This document shows, piece by piece, positions 34,047 to 47,449 of a DNA stretch of 64,000 bases. The stretch is taken from positions 2,320 through 66,319 of IMG/VR virus record IMGVR_UViG_3300021170_000016; one strand, 5' to 3'. Source of the DNA: a virus. Position 1 is the first letter of the stretch. Each line of letters starts with the position of its first letter. The notes under the pieces are model-generated. The model did no database searches. It worked only from the letters and a program-made list of their open reading frames with translations, and was not told where the DNA came from. The translations under genes and the position numbers were made by a program.

Positions 34047-37000
34047 TTGGCGTTTCCTCCGAGCCCAGATTCGGCGTGGCTCGCCGATCTACCTAAGCTT
34101 GGCGCTCCTCCACCGCCCGCACCGACAGGCTTCTGGGCGAACCCGGTTGTCTCGTCGATCGCGAGCGGCTTCGGCAAGCTCGGTCAATCCGAAGCTGAGT
34201 TCGTGCAAGCGGGTGGCGCTGCGCTTGGCCTCCCTGGTGTGGAGGCTGCAGGCGCGCGTGGTGCGGAGCGCGCTAAGGCCAACACCGCGTTGTTCGCCCG
34301 GCCTGATCTTGAACAGCAGGGTATGCTGAGTTCGCCGTCGTCGTTCATCTATCATCTCGGTCAACAGCTTCCGACCCTGGTTGCGGCCGGCGCGGGTGCT
34401 GAGGCTCTCCCGGCGATCGGTGGTGCTGGTGCTCTCGCGCGCGCCGCGCGTGCTGGTGTGTTCATGCTCCCCTCCGCCGTCGGCGCGAACGTCGAAGAGC
34501 AGCAGGCGCAGACCCCTGGTGAGCTGACGCAGGAGGGTGCGATCAAGGCCATCGCGCTCGGTGCGCCCGAGGCTCTTGCACAAGGCTTCGTTCCCGGCAG
34601 CCTCGAACAGATTTTGGAGAAGGGTGCTGCGGGTCAATGGGCTCATCGCGCATTGGTTGGTGGTGCGTCTCTTGGCGCGTATCAGGGTGTGCAGGCCGGC
34701 GCGACGCGAGCGATCACGGACGCGGCGTATCATCCGGAGATGGGCTTCTCCGATCGCGCGGAGAACGTCGTCAAGGCGGCGCTCGAAGGTGGTATCACCG
34801 GCGCGGTCTTTGGTGGCGCGATCCACGCGGTCTCCGGACAAAAGGTTTCGGTCAATGCTCCGACCGAGGTGATCAATGACGCGACTGCCAAGGTGCTGGA
34901 GCCGACTCAGGATCAGGGCGGTCAGAACCTCAGTAATATGCAGCTACCGGCTCCGCAGCCGCTACTGCAGATCACGGACCAGCGCACGTCGCCCGGCAAC
35001 ATCGGGACACCGACGGAGCGGCCGATCGCAGTCAATACCGCTGGCGAGGCGTCCGCTACTCCGACCGACGTCATGCCCGGCCAGACGATCTTCGGAGGCC
35101 AGGGCGGCGCGTCGACCGATGTGGCTGCAGCGTCGCGCGCCGGAGCGCAGAAGGCTCTACCTGCACCGACGCCTCCTGTCCCTGACGTTGTTGCACCTCT
35201 TGCAGAGACCCCAAGCGAGGACCTCCGCACTCTGCACACTGCGCTCGCCGCGCAGGACACGATGGACACCGCCCAGAGTGGCCAGTTCCAAGAGGTCCGT
35301 GCGGAGTTGGCGAAGCGCACCGTGCCCGGTCTCAAGATCGGCGAAGGGAATCTCTTCACACCCGAGGAGGTCGCAGCGCGCGCACCGCAGGTTGCTGAGG
35401 TCAAGGCCAGTCTCGATCTACCTGAGAAGGCGCAGAACACGCCCTGGTTCAAGAACCTCAACGCTGCGAACGAGCCTGAGCTGATCAACGCGATCGACGC
35501 GGAGCTGAAGTCGCACGATCGCGTCTCGAAGGCGGACGCGACCGCGGACAATCCGATGCGCAAGGCCACCAAGGTCCCTGACTGGCTGCAAGAGCTGGCG
35601 AACGACAAGGGCTTGATGGATGGTAGCAAGCCGTCGTCCCCTGCGGAGAAGCTCGAAGGCTTGACGGAGATCGATAAGCCGCGCGCGCAGGCTGTGGTCG
35701 ACGCCGCGACGAAAGTAGGTGGAGCGCAGCTGCGCGCCGCGAACCGCAAGATGGCCGACATCAACGCGCAGATCGAGCAGTTCACCGCTCTCGATGCGGT
35801 GCATCAGGAGGCCGCGCGTCAGCTCGCCGACGCGAAGACTCCGAAGGACCCGGCGACGGGAACTCCGATCGCGCAGCCGGACCTCACTGTCAAAGCGCGC
35901 CCTGCGCCGACCGGTCTTGATCCAGCGGTGCAGGCGAAGTGGGACGCTGCGGACGCGATCGTGCGCGGGAACAATTCCGACGCTATCAAGAACCAAGCGC
36001 TCGCGCATCAAGCCGCTCTCGAAGCTGGACAGTCGGTGACGAAGCAGACGCTTGCGAAGCTCGGGTCCGATGCGAAGAAGGAAGCCAAGAGCTACTCTGG
36101 TCCGGATCGTTCGATTGTGGAGGATGCAAATGCCGTTCAAGAGCGAAGCGCAGCGCCGGTGGATGCACGAGAACCATCCGGAAATGGCGGCGGAGTGGGA
36201 GGCGGAGACGCCGCCAGGGCCGCTGCCTCACCACGTGCCAAAGACCTCGCCCAAGGCAAAAAAGCCGTCGAAGCCCTTGGGAACAAGTTTGCTGGCGAGG
36301 CAGAGACATCAAAAACGGCTAAGGGGCCAGTAGCTCAAGAGAAGCTCGCGCCGGAGTGGGCGCATGCTACCGCGGACGCGCGCCAGGGTGAGGTCATCTA
36401 CTCCCATCCGGACGGTGAGCATGTTGTGGTCCGTTCTTTCGATGCATGGGGCGAGCCTCAATATCAGATGCATAGTCACACCGGTGTCATCCCCGATGAG
36501 AAGGTGACGCAGGCGTTGGAGAAGGCAATCACGCAGGACAAGTTGCAGGATAAGTTCGAGGCCCAGAAGAACCCCGAAGGTCCGTGGAAGGGAAAGGACG
36601 ACTCCGTCGTCGGGACCACAAACGTTCCGCTTGAGAATGTCGGACTTGTCGGAGACTGGCTACGACAAGTCGGGCTCGGCAATGTCAAGGTCGCCCTCGT
36701 CAATCCGCTCGACGCTCGTGGGGCCGCCGCCACGCGCGAGGGATTGAATGGTGACTATCAGGCTGCGCGTCGCGCCGGTGTCGCCGCGTCGGACGGCAGT
36801 ATGAACAGCTTCGGCCCGAAGCTCAACGACTTCTACATGCACACCGATCCAACTCTGTCGCCCGAGAAGACGATCGATACCCTCGCGCATGAGACTGGGC
36901 ACATCGTGGAGAAGACTGCACTCCTCAACGCATCTCCTGAGACGAAGCGTGCGATTAATGACGCGTATGCGAAATACTATGCGAAGGCCAATGCGCTGCC

Positions 37001-40000
37001 GCTCCAGGAGGCGATCAAGCTCACTCGGCTTCGTTCGGGGACTGCTGACGCGTCCGCGATGACGCCTGAGAAGCAGGCGGAGTTTCGTCAGTATGTCACG
37101 AGCTTCTCCGAGTGGTTCGCTGATAACGTCGCGCGCGAGCTGACCTCGGCGCGCGAGCCTCTCAGCGTCGTTGGGAAGTTCTTCTATAACGTCGCGCAGA
37201 AAGTTCGCCAGCTACTGCAGGTGATGACGGGCAACCACCTTATGCCTGATGAGGGCGTCGCCAAGTTCATGCAGGACCTCCGGGAGAGCGCGCGTCGCAG
37301 CCCCGACATGTGGTCCAACGACGTCACGCGTGGACGCGGCGGCGATCGTATCCCCGCGCCGTCAGCGGAGCAGCTGAAGCAGTCGATCGCGCCGAAGAGC
37401 CCGGAGGAGGCCAACCGTCGTCTCATGGCCTCAGTCAAGAGCCTTGATCCGATCTGGCAGAAAGTTGCAGAGACGGTCCCGACGCTCCCGACTGCACTTC
37501 GCAAGCAGGCGCTCATCGCGCAGAGCTTCACCGGCATCGTGAACATCGCTGGAAAGTATCTTAAGACCGCGCCGGCATATCATGACGGTTTCACGAACCG
37601 TGAGGCTCGCACCGGGATGAAGGACAAAACCGACTCGGTTTCGCACCGCGGGTTCTTGGCCCTGAAGCCCGAGCAGCAGAAGCCCGTCAATAGCATGCTT
37701 GCGAAGCTGAACGCGAACCCTTGGTTCCTCGATCCACGCAAGCCGATCGGTGACTACGCGAAGGTGATCTCGGACAACCCGAAGGACGCCGACGCGATCC
37801 GCGCGCTCCACCGCGAGTTGGTTGGTGACTGGAGCCGACTCCAGCAGGCTAGCCTTCACAAGGTAGTCGAGTCTATCTTGTCGATGAACCAGACGAAGGG
37901 TCTCCAGGCGAACGTCGCCCTCATGCACTCGGCTGTCGAGATGTGGGCTGGCAAGTCCGGTATCAATCTGTTCGGTGATGGTCACATCAACCCAGATGAG
38001 GCGTTCCGCACGCAGCCGACTCTCCACGACGACCCGACGAAGGCCCAGTTGTTCTATGCCGCGGCGCATAGCCGCATGTTGAACGCGATCAAGGACCATG
38101 TCGCCGCGAGCAACGATCCGTTCTTGAAGCCCCTGATGGAGCATGTTCAGGAGTCGAAGGCGCTTATCGACACCGGTATCTACTCGCCGCTGACTCGTGA
38201 GAACTACGATCACTTTGTATCGGGGCGGCTCGCGACCGATGATGCTGGACGTCCCAAGGCTGGCGTGCAGCAAGCACTCAGCGACGCCATGCAGAAGGCC
38301 GACTTCAGTCTTGGTATGTCTTATGACCCGAGCAGTTCGGTGGTCATGACCAAGATCAAAGACCTCGCGACGATGAACCGTCTCCACGGCATGTTCACCG
38401 AGCTGGAGAAGTCTGGGGTCATCGAACCCGGTTCGAGCAAAGCTGGGCACCCGGATGACCCATCGTCGATGGGTAGGATTGGCACGCCGTTCATTCAGCG
38501 GATGATCGAGGGGTTCAAAAGCACGATCGAGAAGTCCAACATCGACGACGCTGCGAAGGATCGGTTGCAGCGCGCGATGGTCGCGCAGCTCATGGACACA
38601 GTCTCCGATCGCTCCACGCTGCCCAGCATGCAGAAGAGGAACTTCACGTCCGGCTTTGACCCTGAGATGGGCAAGGCCGCGGTCATGCGCGCCCTGAACA
38701 GCTCGCGTGCTTCGACCGCGGTCTCATCCCGCAGTGAGATGGCGCGTCTCGCTCAGGCGATGATCGATGAGACGAACGCTGTGAAGGGCGATCAGACAAT
38801 GAAGCCATCGGAGCGTGAGATCGGTTCGGATGCGCTGCGCGAAATCCTGCGCCGTGAGGCCGAGCAGGCGTGGCACATCCCGCACAGCTTCATCGATACG
38901 ATCAAGTCCGGCATGCATACAATCATGGTGGGCCTCAACCCGGCCTATACTCTCACAGCGATGTCCCAGGTCCCGACACTACTTCACCCCGAGTTGGCGA
39001 AGCAGTTCGGCTATGGCAAGTCCGCGGTCGCGATCGGCAAGGCAACTGGTCGCGCGTTCAATATCATGCGCGCTGTCTTCAACAGCCCCGATGGATGGAA
39101 TGTCGGCTTCCGCGAGGACGCACTTCGCAAGGCTGGTATCTCGGAGCGCGACATCCAGACGGTGATGAAGCTAGAGAACGCCGGTAAGATGACGAGCTTC
39201 ACTCAGGCGATGTCAGAGCTTGGAGAAGGTTCATCGCCGGGCCGCCAGATGTATAAGAACATCTCGAACGCGATGGGTGTCTACGCGGAGCAGCTACCGC
39301 GTGTCATCGCCGCGTTGACCGCTGGCGACCTCTACGCGAAGCGTCCGATCGCTGGCAAGACGCGCGATGAGTATGTCAGCGAAGTCGTGAGCAACTCCCA
39401 ATTCAACTGGGGTCCTGGCGAAGCCTCGCGCCTGACGAGCAAGCGTGGCCCGCTCGGTGCAGCGACGCAAATTTCGCTCGCGTTCATGCAGTATCAGACG
39501 AACATGGTGCAGAAGCTCTACACCGAGATGCACGCGGCGTTCGGTAAGGACGGCCCGCAGGCACAAAAGGAGGCCGGCAAGTTCCTCGCTGCGCATATGG
39601 TCAATGTGATCGCCATCGCCGGCACGCTCGGCCTCCCTGGCGCGGCGTTCGTCGCTGGTGCGTTCGACAAAATCTACCAGCAGCTGACGGGCCGCGACGA
39701 TATGGACATCCAGGGTCTGTATCGCACCTACCTCGCTCATACGTTCGGTGCGGATGTCGCAGATGTCATCGCGAAGGGGCTCCCGCGTGCGGCCGGTCTT
39801 GATCTCTCGAAACTCGGGGACGCGAACCTCATCCCCGGCACCGGGTTCATGACCGATAAGCGTAAGTGGGAGGACGCGTCGAAGGACTGGCTGAAGTCGA
39901 TGGCCGGTGCAGGTGGCAGCGAGGCGGGCAACCTCATCCTCGCGTCGCGCGATCTGATGAACGGCGATTACATGATGGCCGCTACGAAGTTCCTTCCAGA

Positions 40001-40454
40001 GGGCGCGAAGGGTTTGGCTGAAGGTGCCTACTACTCGATGCATGGATACGTCGACAAGGACGGTGTCCCGCTCCCGATCGGTTCTCCGTCGGCGCTCGAT
40101 ATCGTCTACGCGACGCTCGGGTTCGATCCTGCGCGTCTCGCGCAGTATCAGGAGGCGAAGCGCATCAGTGGTGGTCTCGAAGCCCAGCGTGAGTTCCGCT
40201 CGCAGAACATCACCCAGCATCTCGTCAAAGCGCAGATGACGGGCGACTCGTCCGCGCTCGGCTCGTGGCTCAATGCTGCAGCAGAGTTCACGACCGAACA
40301 TCCAGGTATGCCGAGCCCGCTGACGAGCATCGGGACGAACTTCACCGAGCACGCGCGCCAGGGTATTCTCGCCAAGGCGCTCGGTGCGCCGCTCGGTGTT
40401 GGTGTCCTCGATCCCAACCGTTCTGCGACGGGCTTCTTGAGCACGCCTCAATGA
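34047..40454 (+). CDS. giant internal virion/DNA-ejection protein with a zincin-like motif
   Basis: 2135 aa, GAGGAG RBS, LAHETGH...SEWFAD, helical C-terminus. Confidence 0.75.
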   Translation: MAFPPSPDSAWLADLPKLGAPPPPAPTGFWANPVVSSIASGFGKLGQSEAEFVQAGGAALGLPGVEAAGARGAERAKANTALFARPDLEQQGMLSSPSSFIYHLGQQLPTLVAAGAGAEALPAIGGAGALARAARAGVFMLPSAVGANVEEQQAQTPGELTQEGAIKAIALGAPEALAQGFVPGSLEQILEKGAAGQWAHRALVGGASLGAYQGVQAGATRAITDAAYHPEMGFSDRAENVVKAALEGGITGAVFGGAIHAVSGQKVSVNAPTEVINDATAKVLEPTQDQGGQNLSNMQLPAPQPLLQITDQRTSPGNIGTPTERPIAVNTAGEASATPTDVMPGQTIFGGQGGASTDVAAASRAGAQKALPAPTPPVPDVVAPLAETPSEDLRTLHTALAAQDTMDTAQSGQFQEVRAELAKRTVPGLKIGEGNLFTPEEVAARAPQVAEVKASLDLPEKAQNTPWFKNLNAANEPELINAIDAELKSHDRVSKADATADNPMRKATKVPDWLQELANDKGLMDGSKPSSPAEKLEGLTEIDKPRAQAVVDAATKVGGAQLRAANRKMADINAQIEQFTALDAVHQEAARQLADAKTPKDPATGTPIAQPDLTVKARPAPTGLDPAVQAKWDAADAIVRGNNSDAIKNQALAHQAALEAGQSVTKQTLAKLGSDAKKEAKSYSGPDRSIVEDANAVQERSAAPVDAREPSGNGGGVGGGDAARAAASPRAKDLAQGKKAVEALGNKFAGEAETSKTAKGPVAQEKLAPEWAHATADARQGEVIYSHPDGEHVVVRSFDAWGEPQYQMHSHTGVIPDEKVTQALEKAITQDKLQDKFEAQKNPEGPWKGKDDSVVGTTNVPLENVGLVGDWLRQVGLGNVKVALVNPLDARGAAATREGLNGDYQAARRAGVAASDGSMNSFGPKLNDFYMHTDPTLSPEKTIDTLAHETGHIVEKTALLNASPETKRAINDAYAKYYAKANALPLQEAIKLTRLRSGTADASAMTPEKQAEFRQYVTSFSEWFADNVARELTSAREPLSVVGKFFYNVAQKVRQLLQVMTGNHLMPDEGVAKFMQDLRESARRSPDMWSNDVTRGRGGDRIPAPSAEQLKQSIAPKSPEEANRRLMASVKSLDPIWQKVAETVPTLPTALRKQALIAQSFTGIVNIAGKYLKTAPAYHDGFTNREARTGMKDKTDSVSHRGFLALKPEQQKPVNSMLAKLNANPWFLDPRKPIGDYAKVISDNPKDADAIRALHRELVGDWSRLQQASLHKVVESILSMNQTKGLQANVALMHSAVEMWAGKSGINLFGDGHINPDEAFRTQPTLHDDPTKAQLFYAAAHSRMLNAIKDHVAASNDPFLKPLMEHVQESKALIDTGIYSPLTRENYDHFVSGRLATDDAGRPKAGVQQALSDAMQKADFSLGMSYDPSSSVVMTKIKDLATMNRLHGMFTELEKSGVIEPGSSKAGHPDDPSSMGRIGTPFIQRMIEGFKSTIEKSNIDDAAKDRLQRAMVAQLMDTVSDRSTLPSMQKRNFTSGFDPEMGKAAVMRALNSSRASTAVSSRSEMARLAQAMIDETNAVKGDQTMKPSEREIGSDALREILRREAEQAWHIPHSFIDTIKSGMHTIMVGLNPAYTLTAMSQVPTLLHPELAKQFGYGKSAVAIGKATGRAFNIMRAVFNSPDGWNVGFREDALRKAGISERDIQTVMKLENAGKMTSFTQAMSELGEGSSPGRQMYKNISNAMGVYAEQLPRVIAALTAGDLYAKRPIAGKTRDEYVSEVVSNSQFNWGPGEASRLTSKRGPLGAATQISLAFMQYQTNMVQKLYTEMHAAFGKDGPQAQKEAGKFLAAHMVNVIAIAGTLGLPGAAFVAGAFDKIYQQLTGRDDMDIQGLYRTYLAHTFGADVADVIAKGLPRAAGLDLSKLGDANLIPGTGFMTDKRKWEDASKDWLKSMAGAGGSEAGNLILASRDLMNGDYMMAATKFLPEGAKGLAEGAYYSMHGYVDKDGVPLPIGSPSALDIVYATLGFDPARLAQYQEAKRISGGLEAQREFRSQNITQHLVKAQMTGDSSALGSWLNAAAEFTTEHPGMPSPLTSIGTNFTEHARQGILAKALGAPLGVGVLDPNRSATGFLSTPQ
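36130..36333 (+). CDS. nested +1-frame gene ([28 protein letters not shown]...)
   Basis: GGAGG RBS; resembles a recurring small phage protein type. Confidence 0.65.
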   Translation: MPFKSEAQRRWMHENHPEMAAEWEAETPPGPLPHHVPKTSPKAKKPSKPLGTSLLARQRHQKRLRGQ

Positions 40455-41404
40455 GCCCGCCCGACTTCACATTCGGCGGAGGTCCCAACCAGCCAACTCG
40501 CCCGCCAATTCCGAGCACGCAGGCACCACCAGGACAAATCGGCAGCCCTGGGTTCGGAGTAGGCTTTGGCGGTGGACCTATCGGCGGAGATGTATCTGGC
40601 GCGGTGCGTCCTACCAACGCGAGCGGAGGTCCTAATTGGATGGGGCCTCCTGGGCCTCCAGGACCCCCAGGTCCTCAAGGCCCATCAGGTGGCGGACCTA
40701 CCGGACCAACAGGAGCACAAGGAAATGCAGGACCAACAGGACCCATTGGTGCAGCCGGCTCAGCTGGGCCCACAGGACCTACCGGCCCTACGGGCGCGAA
40801 CGGAAGCGCTGGAAGCGCTGGTCCGACTGGGCCAACTGGACCCACCGGCGCTGGCGGTGCTGCTGGGTCTCAAGGGCCCACAGGACCTACCGGGCCTCAG
40901 GGATCGGTTGGCAGCGGTGGGCCAACTGGTCCGACAGGCTCCACCGGTGCAGGAGGTCCCACCGGTCCTACCGGCACCACCGGCGCAGGCGGCCCCACCG
41001 GACCAACAGGAAGTAGCGGAGTAGCTGGGCCTACCGGCCCGACGGGCTCCACAGGTGCGGGCGGACCTACCGGCCCGACAGGCTCCACAGGTGCGGGCGG
41101 ACCTACCGGCCCGACGGGCTCCACAGGTGCGGGCGGACCTACCGGCCCGACGGGCTCCATAGGTGCAACCGGTCCAACCGGCGCGACGGGTGCAACCGGT
41201 CCAACCGGAGCGACAGGACCTACTGGCGCAACGGGGCCCACCGGCTCGACGGGCCCCACCGGAGCTGTTACAAGACCGAGGACCGCGCGGATTGTGAACC
41301 CGCAAGATTTCAATCCCGGCGACAACTTCACACTCGCCGCTTGGACCGTCGGCACTCCCGCCGCCGTTGATCTGTATCAGCATGCAGCTCTAGGAGGGTT
41401 GTGA
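40451..41404 (+). CDS. collagen-like (GPT) fibre protein
   Basis: long Gly-X-Y tract. Confidence 0.85.
   Translation: MSPPDFTFGGGPNQPTRPPIPSTQAPPGQIGSPGFGVGFGGGPIGGDVSGAVRPTNASGGPNWMGPPGPPGPPGPQGPSGGGPTGPTGAQGNAGPTGPIGAAGSAGPTGPTGPTGANGSAGSAGPTGPTGPTGAGGAAGSQGPTGPTGPQGSVGSGGPTGPTGSTGAGGPTGPTGTTGAGGPTGPTGSSGVAGPTGPTGSTGAGGPTGPTGSTGAGGPTGPTGSTGAGGPTGPTGSIGATGPTGATGATGPTGATGPTGATGPTGSTGPTGAVTRPRTARIVNPQDFNPGDNFTLAAWTVGTPAAVDLYQHAALGGL
41025..41160 (+). repeat. 36-bp tandem repeat, about 3.5 copies ([12 protein letters not shown])
   Basis: GGACCTACCGGCCCGACGGGCTCCACAGGTGCGGGC units. Confidence 0.8.
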
Positions 41405-41405
41405 G

Positions 41406-41831
41406 ATGGCCTTTCAACAGAACGCCACGCCGACATTTACGAAGCAGCCGCAGGCTTCGCGTGTCACCATCGCCGTCGCAGACACGACGACGGCGAAGAC
41501 GGTTCTCACTGCTGGTCCGAACGGTTCGAAGCTCATCGGACTTTTTGCATCGACGACCGACACCAGCCTTTCGAACATTCAGGTCTCGATCACGAACGGC
41601 GGCACACAGTATAACATGTGGGTCGTTCCGATCCCGCTCACGTCGGGCACCGCCGCGGCGTCGCCGTCGTCGGTCAACCTCCTGAACGCGACGGATGCTG
41701 TCGGCCTTCCCGTCGATAACGACGGCAATCCGTTCTTGTATCTTGTTTCCGGAGATACTTTGACGGTGAATGCGCTCGCGACTCTCGCGGCCGGCATCGT
41801 CACGGTCCACGCGATTTACGCGGACTTCTAA
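41406..41831 (+). CDS. virion/tail protein
   Basis: GGAGG RBS; beta-rich, ends YADF. Confidence 0.75.
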   Translation: MAFQQNATPTFTKQPQASRVTIAVADTTTAKTVLTAGPNGSKLIGLFASTTDTSLSNIQVSITNGGTQYNMWVVPIPLTSGTAAASPSSVNLLNATDAVGLPVDNDGNPFLYLVSGDTLTVNALATLAAGIVTVHAIYADF

Positions 41832-41832
41832 G

Positions 41833-42825
41833 ATGGGTGACTTCGCACCAAATCCTGGAAGTCGTGGGAAGCAGGGCGCGCTGAACAAACTCAGCGCGCT
41901 CTTCAAACGTTTGGTCGTCGTCAACTTCAATGCCGCGCCGGCTCCACCAGCTATCAACGGCGCGATGATCCAGATTGTGGGGGCGGATGGCGCTCAACCT
42001 CGTCTCTCATGGGATTCATTTGGGTCACAAGGTTCCTTGTTCTTTCGTCGCGCGAACACATCTCTTGCTGCTCCTACTGCTTTACAAGCGAACGATGCGA
42101 TTGGAGTCATTCAAGGGTTTGGCTATGGCGCAACAGCATACTCAAGCAATCGTCGAGCACAAATTCTTTGTGCAGCCTCCGAAAATTGGACTGACGCCGC
42201 TCAAGGGACGTATTGGGCTTTCTACGTTGCGGTCGCGGGTAGCACGACTGTTGTCGAGGCGATGCGTGTTCAGACTAGTGGTGGTGTCTCTGTTGGTGAT
42301 GCAACGTTTAACACGACTGACCCAGGGGCCGGCAATCTCGCAGTGAAGGGTGCTATCAGCGCAGCCTCGATCAATGCGAGCGCCGTCCCGACCGGAGCTA
42401 CTTACCAAAGCGGTCTTTTATCTCCCACCGCTCCGAATAGCACCGTCACCACCCAGATGCAGGGTCTTGCCGGAGCGATCACACCGACGAAGTCCGGCAA
42501 GGTCATGGTCACGATCAGCGGGACAGTCATCTCCAGCGTCACGACCCATGGCGTAGGTATCTTGTATTCAATTCGCTACGGCACCGGCGCAGCCCCGGGT
42601 AATAACACCGCGGTCGCTGGAACTGGTGTTGGTGGTCAGCAGGAGTTTACGAATCCTGCGGCGGCGACTGCGGCGGGCGACATCCACGCGCCCTTCTCGA
42701 TCTCTGCCGTCATCACCGGGTTGACGCTCTCCACCGCTTACTGGCTCGATCTCGCCGCGCTCGCGATTTCCGCCGCGAGTCAGGTCAGCCTTTCCAACGT
42801 GTCCATCTGTGTGATAGAGCTTTAA
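41833..42825 (+). CDS. tail fibre/spike protein
   Basis: [14 protein letters not shown] fibre motif; Ala/Thr/Gly-rich. Confidence 0.7.
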   Translation: MGDFAPNPGSRGKQGALNKLSALFKRLVVVNFNAAPAPPAINGAMIQIVGADGAQPRLSWDSFGSQGSLFFRRANTSLAAPTALQANDAIGVIQGFGYGATAYSSNRRAQILCAASENWTDAAQGTYWAFYVAVAGSTTVVEAMRVQTSGGVSVGDATFNTTDPGAGNLAVKGAISAASINASAVPTGATYQSGLLSPTAPNSTVTTQMQGLAGAITPTKSGKVMVTISGTVISSVTTHGVGILYSIRYGTGAAPGNNTAVAGTGVGGQQEFTNPAAATAAGDIHAPFSISAVITGLTLSTAYWLDLAALAISAASQVSLSNVSICVIEL

Positions 42826-42838
42826 TAGGAGTCCCGCC

Positions 42839-44514
<1,676 letters not shown>

Positions 44515-44518
<4 letters not shown>

Positions 44519-45765
44519 CCCAGCTAAGCGGCATCCTCGCCGTTCGTCGCGAGACGAGCGTCCCTGCGGCTGCGACATTGGACCCCGCCAATCAGGGGTC
44601 TCATGTCACGCTGAGCAACAACAACCTCGCGATGGTTGTTGCGAACGGGCAGTCGGGCTCGGTGCTGTCGTCCACTTCGAAGAATGCCGGCAAATGGTAT
44701 TTCGAGTGGACGATGACTGCCTACCCCTCTGCGGGGTATCTCGGTATGGGGATCATCGACACGAACTTTACGCATGAGCACGGCGTCGGCTACGACGACC
44801 CGAACAACCACTCGATCGGCGCGCTGTTTACGTCGGGTGGAAATCAGGTCTCGCGCAACTCTGTGAACATCGGCTCGTTCATGTCTGGAGCTGGAGCCGG
44901 CAACGACATCTGTGCCTGCGCTGTCGACTTCGACAACCTCACCGTCTGGTTCAGGAACGTCACGCAGAACTCGAATTGGAACAACAGTGGCACCGCGGAC
45001 CCCTCGAACAACATCGGTGGCTTCGACTTCTCCACCCTCATCGGCACCATCTACTTCGCTGCGGCTGGGTGGCAGGCCGCTGGCGCGACTGGTCAGATAA
45101 CCGCAAACTTCGGGAACTCGTTCGTCGGCGCTCGTCCCAACAAGTTCAAGCCGTGGGGTCCGTCGCCCGCGCCTCTGACGAACATCACCCTTGACGCAGC
45201 TAATCTCGGATCGGGCGTGACGCTGAGCACGGACAAGCTGACGGCGACGCGTTCCGGCAATGGTTGCGCTCGCACGACGAACTCGATGAACAGTGGAAAG
45301 GTCTACTTCGAAGCGACCCTCCATGGGGACGGCGGCGGCAACGCTTACGTCGGGTTCGGCCTCGTCAATGGCTCCTTCGGGATGAGCAACTCGGCCGGCT
45401 TCGACGGCGGCGGGAATAGTATCTTCAGCTATGACAACGATGGGGTCTACATCGCCGGCTCGGTCATCGGCGGGTGGTCCTCTACGTTCCCCGCGATCGG
45501 CGACATCGCAGCCATCGCAGTTGATTTCACCAACAAGCTCTACTGGGCCAAGAACCTCTCTCGTGGGAATATGTATTGGAACAACAGCAGCAGCGCCAAT
45601 CCTGCGACTGGAGTCGGCGGGATTAGCTTCAGCAGCGTCACCGGGCCATACTATGCTGCGGTTGGGTTCTTCTCGACAGGCGGCTCTATGACGATCAATC
45701 TTGGGTTCTCACCTTTCACCGGAGCGATCCCATCCGGCTTTAATTTCTGGGATAAAGTATCATAA
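44515..45765 (+). CDS. tandem SPRY/B30.2-domain protein (possible receptor binding)
   Basis: two copies of TLD.AN.GS.VTLS..L / GK.YFE / A.AVDF. Confidence 0.75.
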
Positions 45766-45768
45766 GGA

Positions 45769-46887
45769 GTGAGCATGAAAATCTGTGTGTATGCTATCTC
45801 GAAGAATGAAGAGCAGTTCGTCGATCGCTTCGTGGAGGCGGCGCAGGATGCGGATATGATCCTGGTCGCCGATACCGGGAGCACCGACGGGATGGTCGAC
45901 AAGCTCAAGGCTTGGAATCGACCGAGTTCTTCGCATCCTCTCGGCATCAGGGCTGAGGTTGTCGTCCGCGACATCTCGATCAAGCCCTGGCGCTTCGATC
46001 ATGCGCGCAACGCGGCGCTCGCTTCGATCCCTGCTGACATTGACATCTGTGTGAGCCTCGATCTCGATGAGGTCCTGCAGCCCGGCTGGCGCGACGAGAT
46101 CGAGCGCGTGTGGAAAGCCGGCGAGACGACCCGTCTCCGATACATGTTCGACTGGGGCTGCGGGATCGCGTTCTGGTATGAGAAAATTCACGCGCGCCAC
46201 GGCTACTTCTGGCACCATCCCTGCCACGAGTATCCGATGCCGGACGGACGGATCACCGAGGTTTGGGCCGACGCGTCGCCGGACTTCCTCATGGTGATCC
46301 ACAAGCCGGACAACACAAAGAGCCGCGGTCAGTATCTCGATCTCCTGAAGCTCTCCGTCACCGAAGACCCGCACTGTCCGCGCAATGCCTTCTACTACGC
46401 TCGCGAGCTTTCGTTCGTCGGCCAGTGGGAGGAGTCGATCAAGGAGTGCGATCGGTTCCTCGCGCTACCGCGGGCGACGTGGCACACGGAGCGCTGCTAC
46501 GCCCACCGTGTGAAGGGACGCTGCTACCAGGAGATGGGCGATTGGCACAACGCCGAGGTCCAATTCATGCTGGCCGCGGCCGATGCGCCTGAGACCCGCG
46601 AGCCGTGGTGCGAGCTGGCGAAGGTGATGTATTTCAACAAGCGTTGGCACGAGTGCTTCGCCTACGCCATGAAGACGCTCTCGATCACGGATCGCCACAA
46701 GGTCTATACCGTCGACCCCGAGGTCTGGAGCCACTGGCCGCACACCTGGGCCTCGATCGCCGCGTGGCAGCTGGGCCTCAAGGACGTCTCGAAGGAGCAG
46801 GCCGCGCTCGCCTTTGCTCACGCCCCAGAAGATGCTATGGTCAAAGGGAACCATGAGTTCTTCGGGAAACAGAGCGATGCTGGGTAA
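45769..46887 (+). CDS. GT2 glycosyltransferase with TPR repeats
   Basis: ISKNEE, DTGSTD, FDHARN, SLDLDE, HE, TPR helices. Confidence 0.9.
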   Translation: MSMKICVYAISKNEEQFVDRFVEAAQDADMILVADTGSTDGMVDKLKAWNRPSSSHPLGIRAEVVVRDISIKPWRFDHARNAALASIPADIDICVSLDLDEVLQPGWRDEIERVWKAGETTRLRYMFDWGCGIAFWYEKIHARHGYFWHHPCHEYPMPDGRITEVWADASPDFLMVIHKPDNTKSRGQYLDLLKLSVTEDPHCPRNAFYYARELSFVGQWEESIKECDRFLALPRATWHTERCYAHRVKGRCYQEMGDWHNAEVQFMLAAADAPETREPWCELAKVMYFNKRWHECFAYAMKTLSITDRHKVYTVDPEVWSHWPHTWASIAAWQLGLKDVSKEQAALAFAHAPEDAMVKGNHEFFGKQSDAG

Positions 46888-47038
46888 CGGCGAAATCGGG
46901 CACGCAGCCCTCGGCGAGGTGGACGAGACGATCGCCCCCTCGCCGGCTTATTCCGCGACCGCGGAGTTCGAATGGACGGTCTCCGCGACCCCTATATTCG
47001 TGTGGAACGACGACGGGTCGACCTTTGAGTGGGAGTGA
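46877..47038 (+). CDS. small acidic virion peptide
   Basis: MLGNGEIGHAALGE motif. Confidence 0.55.
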   Translation: MLGNGEIGHAALGEVDETIAPSPAYSATAEFEWTVSATPIFVWNDDGSTFEWE

Positions 47039-47041
47039 GCT

Positions 47042-47449
47042 ATGTCGTTCGTTCGCAAAACTCTTCTCACGCTCTCGGGTCGGTTCCTCGTCCCTGGGTT
47101 CGCTGCAACCGCGGCCGATGGTGACGGGGATACGGACGACACGCTCCCGCAGCCGCCGCAACCGAGTTCGGTTGTGTGCGTGCTCTACTACTACCCCCCG
47201 CTCGCGCCGTCGCCGCAGATCAACACGCCGCCGACCCCCGCGCCTTCTCCCTCCGCCGCGCCTTCGCCGTTGACCGCCACTGTCACCCTCACGTTGGGGA
47301 CCGATGGTCAGACGTGGTCGGGTCAGTGGGATTCAAGCGTCGCTGAGGGACGCGTCGACTGGTTCGTCTACAGCTCCGGCTCCGTGGTCGCTGCCGCGCA
47401 GGGCAACTTCGTCGTGAAGGCCAATAACGCGAACCTTTCGGTGCGCTGA
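47042..47449 (+). CDS. virion protein
   Basis: GGAG RBS, TGATG coupling. Confidence 0.65.
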   Translation: MSFVRKTLLTLSGRFLVPGFAATAADGDGDTDDTLPQPPQPSSVVCVLYYYPPLAPSPQINTPPTPAPSPSAAPSPLTATVTLTLGTDGQTWSGQWDSSVAEGRVDWFVYSSGSVVAAAQGNFVVKANNANLSVR

